The notes under the pieces were generated by a model. It searched no databases, was not told the origin of the DNA, and saw only the letters and a program-made list of their open reading frames with translations. Position numbers and translations under genes: made by a program. Positions 37,031-49,601 of a DNA stretch of 64,000 nucleotides are shown in pieces; positions within the stretch are counted from its first letter, which is position 1; every line of letters begins with the position of its first letter. The stretch is from Podarcis erhardii (Eukaryota), in the NCBI GenBank assembly GCA_964252035.1, contig OZ176207.1; one strand, given 5' to 3'.

Positions 37031-38622
37031 TACTGATTCGGTTCAAAGGCCTTAGTTCACCAGAACTAGTAACACTTTGTCTAAGCAGAGAAATCAAATT
37101 ACTATGGCTGAAGCATTTTTGTAATTCTTCATTATAGCTTCAGAAATATTTAAGACTGGGTGGTTTTGCTTTTTGCTTTTTGCTGGAGCTCTCATCAGGA
37201 ATTGTAGGATCAACCTGCTTTGATTATTGGTTTTCATTAAATGACATTCTTTGGCTTGCAGATGCCTCATTTGTCTTTCTGCTGTCCTGCTCTTCTACAT
37301 TGGCAGATGTATTTGTGTTTGAGTGCACTTTCATCAAGGATCTCCATTCCTAATTGAGTTATGATAATTTAGGGCAAATAACTCATTGTTGCAACACTGT
37401 CATAATATGCAGTATGTCTGTGCTCTGCTGTTGTACCAAAGCAAAATACATTTTGTCCCATACCTGTTCAAAGCCACTTAGAATGTTATGTAGGGATGCA
37501 CAAAATTAAGAGTGGTAATGTTTGCCATTAATACAATTCAACGGCAGCATATGAGAACAGGGTCATGTGTTGTTTTTTAAAGGTGCCATTACATATATTA
37601 AAAGTGTTGGAACAGTTTTCTACTTGCCATTTGATCTGTCTAAAACAAGTTCTAAATATATGTGTATTTTGAATATTACACAGCTAGAAAGATTGTTTTC
37701 ATCATGCTCTCTGTGTGACTGTGAAGGTACTACTTGGTCTTTTATTATTATTAAGCAAGGAGATATTGTATCCTAAGGAATCCTTTAAAGCAGGGCTAGG
37801 ACATGTGGGGTTTGTAAGCTAAATCTAGTCTGCAAGACTTTTCACGGAAAAGCTCTGCCTCTTTATCCTGGGATAAATTGGAGGGGGCAGCAGTGTGAGC
37901 AGGGAAGTATTGGTGGGTTGTTTAAAACCTTCTGGATTCATATTGCATTAAAGCATTTGCACTTTATGATGCACATAGCAGTGGGAAAGTGCCATTCTGC
38001 ATGCTTTAGGATTTTTCTTCTCGCAGTTGAACACCTGGAAAATGTTAATTTGTTGCATTTCTGCAGTTAGAAAACCCACACATTCTATTCTGCTGCCTGT
38101 ACTAATGGAAACAACAGTATATGGTATTTGGTCATTAATCCGGCCATTGCAGATTAATGCCCTTTCATGCCCTTTAGGAAATGATTTCTCTTAAGCAGCA
38201 GATTGTTTCACATTCTGCTGTGAATGTGAAAGGAAGAGATAGTACAAGCCTGTTGCACTTGACTCTGTAAACGGGGTCTCTTATTTCTGGCTGATGGTTT
38301 CAGACCGTTTAGTGACTTAGCTACCCATGGGTAAGCATGGGGGAACACGCAGGGAGTTAGTATTCTCATACTGATTTGAGTTCATATATAACGTTAAACC
38401 AAACAATGCCTTAGCAGGCAGGCGGGTTCCCAGAAAGGAGATTGTGGACACTTTGCTGCTCCTCCAGGCCTGCGGCTGTGAGCTAAGCCACTGTCTGTTT
38501 TAGCATGTCGTCCAAACCCAGGTTTGTGGTTTGTTACCTCCAGACAAACCACAAATTGGAAACCAAGAACAAACCTTGAGTACAGCTTCTTGTCTGCCTA
38601 GAAGAAACCAAAACACAAGCCC

Positions 38623-38766
38623 GGATTCAGACGACACACTAAGCCAAATTTTATCTTAATTCACAGCTGTAGGATCTGAGGAGAAGCAAAGTGGTCATGA
38701 ACTCCTCTCCAGGAGCATTTTCACAATAAGCCATGGTTTGGCTTAACATTGTGTGTGAACTGAGCC
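38623..38766. repeat. Degenerate palindromic interspersed repeat
   Basis: ggattcagacgacacactaagcca versus tggcttaacattgtgtgtgaactgagcc are imperfect inverted arms. Confidence 0.4.
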
Positions 38767-38962
38767 AATGTATCTTCACTTTTGCCTTTTCAGTCTTTGA
38801 ATGAAACCCCCCAAGTATTTTGAAATATGTGGTGCAATTTGGGCACAACTGCAGTGGTGGTAGCAGCAACAACAGCAGGAGTTGCAATAATAGTAGTTGT
38901 CATTGCCACACCAATTGCACATGGCGGTTTCTCAGCCTTGAATTTACGACTTGTAGGGCCTA

Positions 38963-39272
38963 CAGGGACGCGGGTGGCGCTGTGGTCTAAACTACAGAGG
39001 CTAGGACTTGGCGATCAGAAGGTTGGTGGTTCGAATCCCCGTGACGGGGTGAGCTCCCGTTGTTTGGTCACAGCCCACCTAGCAGTTCGAAAGTGCAAGC
39101 AGATAAATAGGTACTGCTCTGGCGGGAAGGTAAATGCATTTCCGTGCACTGCTGTAGTTTGCCAGAAGTGGCTTAGTCATGCTGACCACATGACGCCTAG
39201 AGGGAGATGAGCGCTCAACCCCAGAGTCGTCCGCAACTGGACCTAACAGTCAGAGGTACCTTTACCTTTACC
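38963..39272 (+). mobile_element. Sauria SINE (Squam1-type), near full length with internal deletions
   Basis: Head gggacgcgggtggcgctgtgg, B box ggttcgaatcc at 39028-39038, acctttaccttta tail, 9-bp flanking direct repeat tagggccta. Confidence 0.92.
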
Positions 39273-39796
39273 TAGGGCCTAGAGTAGAATTTGGCCATTT
39301 CACATTGAAACTCTGTCTTTCCCCAATGTTGCATCTGGAGACTTTTTCTCATGAATAGAACCATTTAACCCCCCCCCCCCCCAATGCAAATGAATGGCAC
39401 CCCCCAAGATTTCTAGGATGATGAGCAAATCTGAGTTTGGGTGAAATAGGAGCTGGGGGGAGGGGAGGAAGAAAGAAGAAAATGGAAAATCTCAGTTTGA
39501 TCCAGGTTCAAGTTTTATTGGATGAATATTCAAAAGCATTCATCTCTAGACAGAACCCTGGCAATTCACTGCAGCTCCAATGGCAATAATAAATAAATGC
39601 ATTTTTTACAGCCAAATGGTTCAAGCAGCCAACAAAGTTAACACTATATAATTAATAACAATAAGCAATTAAAGAGAACAGCAGGTTACAGTGATAAAGC
39701 ACCGAAATATATTAATGTAAAAAAGAAATACTGAATACTTATGTGAAAAGGGAGTGCATTAGGTCAACTTATAACCCTTTTTCTTCTGGATAAAAG

Positions 39797-39797
<1 letters not shown>

Positions 39798-39829
<32 letters not shown>
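39798..39829. repeat. (CA)16 microsatellite
   Basis: Read directly. Confidence 0.95.
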
Positions 39830-39831
<2 letters not shown>

Positions 39832-41447
39832 ACTGCTGCTGTTAAACCTTCATTTATTCCAGTGGGACTTGTGTGGGAATCTTGTGCAAGCTGCACAGGA
39901 AGAAAGCTGTACAGGAAGAAAGTAGACTGACTGGTAGATTGCACCCAAAATCTGAATGAAAGGGATGAGATGGTGTGTAACTAATAAAAGATTATGAATA
40001 CCACCATTCCCAAAACAATGCACTATGCTGAATGCTGGGGGAATGAAAAAGTTGCATAAGAAGGCAGGGGCTTAACAGCAACAGAGCTAATGTGTCAGTA
40101 CAGTAAAGCCAAGCCTGTTTACTCAGGTACGGCTAATTGAGATCTTACCTGCTTGCATTTGAATGTGTGAGGCCTTTCATCTTTTGAGCCCAGCGAATTT
40201 TATTTTCAGCTTTTTTTGTTGTTGACATGATAAAGAAGACATAGAAAATGGAAAAAATAATATATGCCATTCCCATACTAATCCACCCTCCACCCGCCAT
40301 GGTTTTGTTTGCTTCCCTATTATCCTTAGGGAATAGTTTTTCTATTCTGTCTAGGGAATAATATCCTAGGATAGAGGGAACAGTTTCCCTAGCATTTAAG
40401 AAGTTATCAAGCATCATTTAACATATAGGGTTGGTCAGTTCCGTATTAATTTAAAATATATGTCCATGCTACCTACTGTATCAACATCTTACAGACAACT
40501 TTTACTGCTATGCATTCAGCAGGTGACTCACAAATCTATTCATTTAAGTTTATGCACCTACCTTCACAAGCAAGACATCTGGTTAGGAGGGAAGCAAGGC
40601 ACCTCTGGGAGAATCCTCATCTCAGGCTTTCTCCAATTTAGGCCCTTTACTTAGCATCACATTTTGATGGTCCTTTGTATTGCACTAAATATTAGGTGTG
40701 TGCACCACCCCCACAATATGTGGTTCAGACCTCAGGGAACAGCCCACCTTGGTCTGAAGGGCTTTGGTAGCAGCTTAGTTCAGCTCTGGGTCTGAGGCCA
40801 AGTTCACTTCCAAAAATTCGAGGCTTTGTTTCTTCCCATTCACTTTGTAGGAAGTAAAACTGCTATAACTCCCCCCCACCCCCCACTTTTCATCAGAAAT
40901 TGTTAAAATTTGCAGACCAAGTAGTCCCTTCAGAGTGGGTTATACCTTCCAAATTACAGGCAAGTAAGTCCAGGTGTTCTTTTTTATTTTTGGTGCTAGG
41001 TGCCTTTTTTATTTATTTTTTTAAGGAAATGTATATAACTTTTTAAAATTTTGGCAGAAATGTGTAGGCATCGGGGGGGGGGCGTTAAGGTGAGAGGATA
41101 AAGCCATTTCAGAAGGACAGCTGCAGAGATTTCCCCACAAGTGTAGCTTTTACAGAGTTTGGGGGGAGGTGTGGAATCTCTCCTGCAGTGTTTTGTGAGC
41201 AACTGGTCTGAAAATAGCATGAGGCATGAGAGAGGTGCCCCTGGGTAAGGAACCTGTCAAACTGCAGACCAGTTGGCTAGGCATCCTTTAAAAGTTGATT
41301 GGTCTGTGTGGGTGCAATTGAAAGGGATTCACTTTCCTCCCCCCCCCCCCCCCAAGCCCTAGGATTGGAGATTCTGGGTTATATAAATTCCCTATGATTC
41401 TAAGCTTGACCTATCAGCCGCAACAGAGCTCTCTCTCTCTTCCCACC

Positions 41448-41581
41448 NNNNNNNNNNNNNNNNNNNNNNNNNNNNNNNNNNNNNNNNNNNNNNNNNNNNN
41501 NNNNNNNNNNNNNNNNNNNNNNNNNNNNNNNNNNNNNNNNNNNNNNNNNNNNNNNNNNNNNNNNNNNNNNNNNNNNNNNNN
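41448..41581. other. Assembly gap (N run)
   Basis: N bases. Confidence 0.99.
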
Positions 41582-43562
41582 CAGTAGGCAAGAACCTGGT
41601 CACATGTTTCCTGGAGTGGTGTGCTTGTTATTTCCTCTAGGGTTGTTTGCAGGCTAGTCTGCTAATAGCTACATGCTTCTGTGACCAGCTCTTGTTATTT
41701 AAGCCCAACCATGTGAGGTGGGAGCAGATTGCACACATCATAATTAGCGGTCTGCTGTGGGACAGGGTCCAAATGCTGTAAGAAAGGCTCACATGACTAG
41801 GCTGGGGCATTTAAATGGTACAACAGTTACTTAGGTGCCAGTCACAGAAAAGGGGTTCCATTGAGGCTAAGGTAACCTGGATAGAGCAGGTTGCATGGTT
41901 GCCTTCCCCTTTAGTGACATACTTCATGGATCAGTAATAACAGCCAAGGGACCTGCCCTAACCAAGTGAGCGGAAGAGGTACTTGCTACCCAGAGCAACA
42001 TGGGAGCAGCCACAGAGGTGGCAACCACATCACTCCTGATAACACGAAAAAGAGGACCCAACAGTATCTAGTGGCGTTCTTCATGCTGCCTGAAAACGTT
42101 AATGAATACCAAAAAAAGACACAAAAAGAAAAGGGCAGTGTATCAAAACGGCTTTGTGTCAAGCCTTTGTATATCAGCATGACCAACAAATTTGCTTATT
42201 TATAATATTTAGAAAAACAAATAATGCTTCAGAGGTAGCCGACAGTTCTCTGGCCATTCCACACACACACCCCTTGGTTTCTTCTGTAGGCAGCTCTTGA
42301 GACACTTGCTCTACATCCTGAGCAAAAATTAGTTGATGAAAGAGTTGTCAGTAATGCTCCATTCGTATGACTGATCCACTGTACTGTGGAATTCATATTG
42401 ACTGACTGCTTGTCTCAGTGTTAAAAGATTGTTTTCCCTGTAGATGTGACTTTAGAACAGGTAGCATTTAGTTTATGCTGCATGAAGTGTCCATGAAGTA
42501 TCCTCTTTCAATTTTACCAATTTTTGTTTTTTTTGTGTAGAACTCGATGGTAGATATACCAGTACTTCCACCAGTTCCAGAAGTCCCAGACGGGTGGGAA
42601 ATACTAGTAGGTATTTAACATCAATGACAGAGAAAGCTATCTCTTGAAATATCACCAACGCTTAAAAAATAATAATACACTTGACACAGCAATACTAATT
42701 AAGAGGATCAGTGCTTTAAAATAGGCCAAAAACCTTTTGATTTCAACTAAAGTACATTTTCCATAATGTTAATGTGACTCTTATTCATCATACTTCTCCC
42801 CTCAGAAACACACAGCTTTAACCATCAATTTTACTATAATTTTATGTGATTTGCTGCTGAAAGGCGGGGTAAGGAACTTATTTCAGAGACAGAAATGTCA
42901 TACAAGCACACAATTAGAACCTAGAACTTGAGGGGATGTCCAAAAAAGCTTAAAACATTTCATGACTTGTTCCCCAAGGAACTTAGAAATTGTAGTAGCT
43001 CTTGGAGTGAGGTGAGTAATCTCTTAGAGAATTCTGAACATCCTCGTAGAACTACAGTATCCAAGGTGCCTGGGGAAGAATTGGTATAATAGCTGCTTGC
43101 AATATAGACACACACCTAATTTAACTACATTGTAATTCTGAGTACTATATGAGCCCTGATACCACACTGACTACGGCCTGGTTCAGACTTTATGATGTGG
43201 TTGCCATTCACCAGGCAAAGTTCTCAGTTCACAGTAATATTGCTTGAAACTCAGCATCACATGGGTCTCCCGGAATTCAGTGTACTTCCCACACCAGTAC
43301 CTCCCCTTGTTTGGGATGTGACACACGTGGCCCACAGGGAAGGGCTGATGTACATGGATACCAGCAAAGGGAAAGCATTGATAGTGGGCTTATGCATGTA
43401 CTTAGAAATGCTCAACTATCTTTAGTGAGAGCAGGATAAGACATTTGGCATGGGTGCATGTGGAGCTTACACACACACACACACGGGTATGACAGGTGTA
43501 TTTTAATAGCTTCATTTTTGTTATGTTTTAGAACCTACTTGGCAAAAGAAAAATGTTGAGTG

Positions 43563-43798
43563 CTGTATTTTTCGCTCTATAAGACGCACCTAGTTTTTGG
43601 AGGAGGAAAACAAGAAAAAAAAAATATTCTGAATCTCAGAAGCCAGAACAGCAAGCTGCGCAGTGAAAGCAGCAACCCCTCTTGCTGTTTTGGCTTCTGG
43701 GATAGCTGCGCAGCCTGCATTCGCTCCATAAGATGCACACACATTTCCCCTTACTTTTTAGGAGGGAAAAAGTGAGTCTTATAGAGCAAAAAATACGG
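43563..43798. mobile_element. TcMar Tc2-like MITE (CCGTA-type ends)
   Basis: About 23-bp TIR (ctgtatttttcgctctataagac / gtcttatagagcaaaaaatacgg). TA on the right at 43799-43800, TG on the left. Confidence 0.85.
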
Positions 43799-44620
43799 TA
43801 TTTTCCATCCTCAAAATTGTTAGCAGAACTTTTTTTTATTATACTTAATTTTCATTCAGTCAAATGTTCTGAATATAAGTGAACCAATAATCATGTCAAG
43901 CTCAGAACATGTACCCAATAACACAAACAAATCTAAGCCGTTTGGGGAAAATGTTTAAAGATTTCAGATCAATATAGACATATGAATCTTTGAATTCCCA
44001 GGCACTTATTACCTATCCCACCTGTCTCTGGCTTACTGAGCCCAAATGGGGTTTCCTCAACCCACCTGTTCCCCAGGTTGCCCTGCTTGGCTAGAAACAT
44101 GGAAGAGACCAAAGTTCATGTCCTCCATTCTTCTACCCAAAGATAGAACTATCTCCCATACATCACCTCCAGACAATTCTAGCCCCTGGCTTCCAGTCAG
44201 CTGCTGTACTATAATAACATGCAGCTTAATCCCATGGGAATCCTCTCCTGCCCTTTCCCACTGCTTCTGCCACCCCTGTTTCTTTCTTCTCTATAACATC
44301 AGGTCCTCCATCCCTTCCTTTTGTAATTTATTGGCTCCAAAAGCTGCAAAAATACATGCACTGTATTAACAACCCTGTGGAGGGAAGGTCCATTCCGTCT
44401 GCTGCGGAAGCAGAGCTACTGCCTCTAACAAATTGTTGCTCTAGGCATTTGTCTAGGGTCATCTACTATAACTTCAGTCTTGCTAGAACTGAGAGCTAGG
44501 AACTGGCACTTTATTCCACTTAAGTTACCAATATTTGGTGTGAGTGGGAGAGCGGGAGACATACTGCTTCAGTTAGTTCAAAGTCTAAATTCAGACCAAT
44601 AATTTCTGTTGCACTTTTTT

Positions 44621-44644
44621 AAAGAAAGAAAGAAAGAAAGAAAG
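44621..44644. repeat. (AAAG)6 microsatellite
   Basis: Read directly. Confidence 0.93.
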
Positions 44645-44759
44645 GGAAATACAGAGATCATTTTTTGAGTATTCCATATAATATAGGGCGCAATGGCAAC
44701 AGCGTAATGTAACTTTGTGATGCATACCCAATTTCCCTCTTACGATACAGTCTATTTCT

Positions 44760-44908
44760 GACTACCAGATGCTAGAAGCTAACAATAGAGAAAGCTATCA
44801 TGATGATTCCCTGCTTGTGATCTTCCCTGTGGCATCTTTTGTCTGCAGTTAAGAGGACAGAATGCTTGACTAGAATTACCATTAGTGTGCCCCAGCATGG
44901 CATTTCTT
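44760..44908 (+). mobile_element. Old retroposon 3' fragment (L2/CR1-type tail) immediately upstream of the SINE
   Basis: accagatgct...cctgcttgtgatcttccctgtggcatct...acagaatgcttgactaga motif order. A reverse-orientation relative lies at about 33615-33680. Confidence 0.45.
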
Positions 44909-45100
44909 GGGAAGAGGCCACAGCTCAGTGGTAGAGCTCATGCTTTGCATGCAGAAGGTCCCTGGTTCGGTCCCTGGCATCTCAAGTTTTAAAAAAGGAA
45001 CTTGAGTAACAGGGTTGGGAAAGATCTCTGCCAGTTAATATGGATTGCATTGAGCTACATGGCTAATTGTGTAACTAATGAAATACGGCTTTATGTGTCT
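44909..45100 (+). mobile_element. tRNA-Ala-like SINE (Squam3-like)
   Basis: Head cagctcagtggtagagc...tttgcatgcagaaggtccctggttc...tggcatctc, followed by gggttgggaaagatctctgccag and tgagctacatggc body motifs. Confidence 0.75.
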
Positions 45101-45269
45101 TTGTGTTTTCACTGCCCACTTGTAATCAAATCAAATGTATAGAAAATGCATGTCATACGCTGTCTTCAGACTGTAGGGGGTAAATCACGTTTGAATGTTC
45201 TTCCTATGTTTTTATAAAAAGCCTTTCTGCACACAGAAACATAGCAAGTTAGCTTTCCATATGCAAGGA

Positions 45270-45300
45270 TTTGTTTGTTTGTTTGTTTGTTTGTTTGTTT
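45270..45300. repeat. (TTTG)7 microsatellite
   Basis: Read directly. Confidence 0.93.
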
Positions 45301-47087
45301 ACACGTAGTAGTATTCATACATGCACTCCCTGACCTCCATTCCAAGGTGGTGCAGCCTGCTGAATGTTTTATATCCTTCTCCCTGATCTGCTAGTTTTCT
45401 TCATGCAAGGAGTTTCTCACAGGGGAGATTTAGATATGTCCTGCCATCTGCAGAATCAAGTGGTATGATCCAAGAAGGACCATGTCTTGTTGTTTTTAAA
45501 ATTCAGTATGTTGTAATGCTTTTCTGAAGTCTAGGTATAAGATAAGTGTTGTTGTTGTTTTTTTAAAAAAAAATCCACCAGCTTGCTCCATGTCCAAAAA
45601 TAAAGAATTGATAATTATTTAAACTTTAGTCTACATTTTTGCAGTAGCAGATTCTTCCAGTACTGTAAACATTTCCCTCCAGCAAATCCCAGCTGTATAT
45701 TTGATTTTAGTATCTCCATTTCCTTGCTGCTATATGCCTGAATTGTGGGGTTTGGGGTGATAATTCTTGAGAAATTGTAAATGACAGAAGGCCCATTACA
45801 ATCAGGGAGGAATGATGAGCATATGCTGGAAGTCTTCAGGCAATGTTAATTTCTGTATTAAGTCTTTAAATGTGTGCTCTTTGCCTAGGTGAAACGGGTG
45901 GGGGTGGGAAATAAGTGTTGGTTTGATGCAGCTGTGAACACTTTGGAGAGCCAGAAAACTGCAGGCCATTTGATTCCCAAGTTAAAGAGAGGAAACAGAG
46001 TTTGACCAACAGCTATTAAGAGGGCCTTATCCTATAGATGTATTCATCTGACTTAGACTTGGTGAACAGAAGAGAGACTATATAGACACCTTTCAGTATG
46101 AATTGCCACAACATGCTCCAACTACATTTTATCCATTGCCTGGTATTCCCATTGGTCTCACCCAGCAACTCTAGTGCAATGTCCCATCAGCACATAGTGG
46201 ACAGGGAAGACAGCTTTGTTGCAGGGTGCGTGTAGCAGGTATGTTACTATTCATGCTCTTCTTTTAAAAGCCAAGATATGCGGCTAGACATAGGGCCAGA
46301 TCAAGTCCCAGTAGCAGAAGCTTGTGCAAGGATTTCTGCTGGCCCAAGTGGGATTTCCCCTCCTCTCCTTTGCCCCATGCCCCCCAGTTGCTTCTGGGGT
46401 GGCAGGAGACACACACCCCTGCCCAACAGTACTCAAGGAAAGAGAGGGGATATCATTCTATCTTGCAAGCTGAAATGTTTGCACTAATGGAATAATTGCC
46501 ATAGCAGTATGTTGACTTCTTCTCCGCGCAATCCTTGGGAGGCAATAGAACATTAAAAACCAACAACAGTAAGTAGTTTGCAAAATTGTAGAACAGAAGG
46601 GGCACATCTCTACTACTATGATGCACTTCTCTGTGACCTTAAGGCTGTAATTCTATACACTTATCTAGGAAAAGCCCATTAAACTCAAAGGTCCTTACTT
46701 CTGACTGTGATAGGTAGTTGCTGGATGAGCAATCTGGAGTTGGGATAGCACAGTAGCAGACTGCTCTGTTTTAGGATTAATATTGTATGAGAACAGTCTT
46801 ATTTGGTTTAATTTAAATTATATTTTACATTTCCTTGCAGCTGTTTTTTTAAAAAAATATCTATGTTTGACTGTTCTTAACTGCATAAAAAATATTAAAA
46901 TATAGTATATGCATGTGTGCGAAAGTTTTGTCAAATGTCGCTAATAATATTGCAGGAAATGTCTAGTAGGTGCTTCCTGATGTTCTAGCACCCACTTTAG
47001 ACATGAAAAGCAAGGCATGTATTAACAAAACATTTTTCCAGAACCAAAACATGGTACTTTGAGAGCACACAAAATCTATCATCCCTG

Positions 47088-47225
47088 CAGCGGTTCTCAA
47101 CCTGTGGGTCCCCAGATGTTGTTGGACTACAACTCCAATCATCTCTGAGCTCTGGCCTTGCTAGCCAGGGGTGATGGGAGTTGTAGTTCAACAACATCTG
47201 GGGACCCACAGGTTGAGAAATGCTG
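47088..47225. mobile_element. Near-palindromic hAT-like MITE (138 bp)
   Basis: About 49-bp inverted arms (cagcggttctcaacctgtgggtccccagatgttgttggactacaactcc and its reverse complement, 3 mismatches). No clear TSD. Confidence 0.85.
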
Positions 47226-49138
47226 CTCCAAGGCATGGAACAAACATAAGCAAAATAGAACAGAGGTCCAGCTGTAAAACCCGCTTTATTTGTTATACAG
47301 TCTGCTACTTCCATGCAACAGCCTCCGCAGCGTGTTACACACACGAAGGTGCACCACGCAATTTAATGGGCAGCAGGGCTGTGGCTGTTGTCCTAACCCG
47401 AACAACATGTGGTTTCCCTTTGTTCATCTGTTAGATGTGGACATCTGAGAAATGGAAGCCTGGCCACATAGATGTCTATGTACGTAAGCTTCCCCTGGAG
47501 CTGGAGCCATGTGCGATCAGGGTTCCAGCTCTCGGGAAACACTACAATACACAGAGGTCTGCACCGCTATGCTTTAGCGCAGCAACCATTCTCACAGAAT
47601 AACTGGGCGCCATGAGTTGGGCCCATGTGTCATCAGGGCCCATTGCCTTTTTCATGGTATGGACCCCTTTGTGTCATGAAGGCAGCTCATTCTTGGGAAC
47701 TTCACCACACTAGGTTTCCCCCCCTCTTGCTTTCATTGTGGCAGTAGCACACTGGACTAAAGATTAAGCCTGCTTACCTTAATATGTATCAGATCAGAGG
47801 CTCAGCAAATGGTCTGGGAGCACCAGACTAATGCTCAGCAGGTGTAGATCTGATAGGTAATATGGACAGGAGGCAACTGGGTATTCTATGTTTTTAATTG
47901 TTGCTGTTATCAGTTATCTTTTTTTGAATTGGAAAGCTACAGATCCAAAACTCATTTCTTTTCTATGAACCAGAAAGCTTAATTGTATTATAGTCCTTCT
48001 TCTTCCTCTTTCTCTCCCACCCCTTCCAAAGAACCAGTTCATGTTTTTCCTCTCTGGGGAGACTTCCATCCATTCATCTCCAACTACATCCCCACATGGA
48101 TGTAGCTCTTGTGAATGGCTTCCTCGTGCAGCACTCTTTTCCATCACCACACATGAGAAAGGGCCTAAAAATTAGTCTTCTGGCAACAGTGCACATGAGG
48201 AACCCATAATTAGTGTCCTCAGCTTGGATCTCTTCCTTGAGATGACTGCTCAGAAGTCACTTTGTTTCTGACTGGGGGGAAATGGTTGTGTGAATCAGCA
48301 CTACAGCAGCTCCTGGGTATCTAATTTGCAAGCTGTATTTTTATCTTAATCCATGCAAGCAGTTGCCTAGAAATTCCATAGAATTGCTTATTCCTCACCT
48401 ATAACTCTTAATAAAAAATAGGACCGTGCCAACCTATTAAATCCTTAATAGAATATTCTAATGGTTATTAAATCAATTGACTCTGAATCTCACTTTAATA
48501 AATGAGTCAGACAGTATTTTCCAATTACTGTCATCCACCACCTTTCTAAAGAGCAGATTATTCTGATTGAATTTTTTTAAGCTGTTCAGCACTTTTAAGA
48601 TCCCCTCCCTAATACATTTGCTGAAAGAATGTAGCTTTGAAGTGGATATAGGAGAGAGGAAGAATGACCTCTTGAAGGGATGTTCTGGCACTCCACTTCA
48701 CTTCATATTTATCCCAGGTGTAAACTGCCAGGGTAGCTTTTCACTGTCTGTTTGTTTAGTTGTGACATTCAGTATTTTCTAAAATTTTAAGATTTTCTGT
48801 GACTAGAGAAGGCGTGGGGGTGGGGGTGCAAAACTGCTTTCCTTCCAGTCACCATTCCACTTCTTCTAATCTTGTAATATTTACAAAGAGCAACAGGAAC
48901 TGAAATGTTATGGTGGAAGAACTGTGGAAGTGTATGCAGCTGACCTTTCCAAAGTCAATTGTTTTAAAAAAGGTGTCTGAAAACCAAGGTATTTTCAGAA
49001 GGGTTGCAGTCATCCTGGGCCAGATAGTCACTTGGTGTTTCCTCTACTGGGTCAGTCACAGTTCAATGCTGTTGCTGCCCATAGCACTTTTACTTTCCTA
49101 AAAGGTAGTGCGGATCAAAGTGGGAAATGAGGAGAATA

Positions 49139-49379
49139 CAGTGGTACCTCTGGATGTGAACGGGATCCATTGCAGAGCCCCATTCGCATCCTGAAATGAA
49201 CGCAACCTGCACATGCGCAGGTCGCGATTCTCCGCTTCTGCGCATGCATGTGACGTCATTTTGAGCGTCTGCGTGAGTGGCGAAACCCGGAAGTAACGCG
49301 TTCTGTTACTTCCGGGTCGCCACGGAGCGCAACCCGAAAACGCTCAACCCAAAGCATATTTAACCCGAGGAAATGACTG
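49139..49379. mobile_element. Tc1/mariner-superfamily MITE, CpG-rich, with internal hairpin
   Basis: TA-cagtggtacctc left end, cgaggaaatgactg-TA right end. Perfect 13-bp internal stem 49285-49297 / 49305-49317. Confidence 0.85.
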
Positions 49380-49449
49380 TATATGAGTTAACAGCTTTAC
49401 AGAAATATTGCATATGGTCCAAGAAACCTTTACTTACTATAGATCACAA

Positions 49450-49601
49450 ATAGCTCAGTTGGTAGGGTATGAGACCCTTAATCTCAGGGTAGTGGTGGTG
49501 GTGATTTGAACCTCACACTGGGCAAAGTTTCTTGCATTGCAGGGGGTTGGACTAGATGACCCTTGTGATACCTTTCCAACTCAACAGTTCTATGATTCTA
49601 T
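49450..49601 (+). mobile_element. tRNA-derived SINE with CR1-type 3' tail (POM/Squam2-like)
   Basis: Head atagctcagttggtag...cttaatctcagggt. Tail gggttggactagatgaccc...ttccaactc...ttctatgattcta is the typical CR1 3' end. Confidence 0.75.

Noticed and set aside
44913-44985. tRNA-Ala(TGC)-like gene
   Set aside because: Acceptor stem (GAGGCCA / GCATCTC) and anticodon stem are broken, and the sequence continues into a SINE body.
49450-49525. tRNA-Lys-like gene
   Set aside because: Has an inserted (GGT)n stretch, a degenerate B box and no cloverleaf; it is the head of a CR1-tailed SINE.
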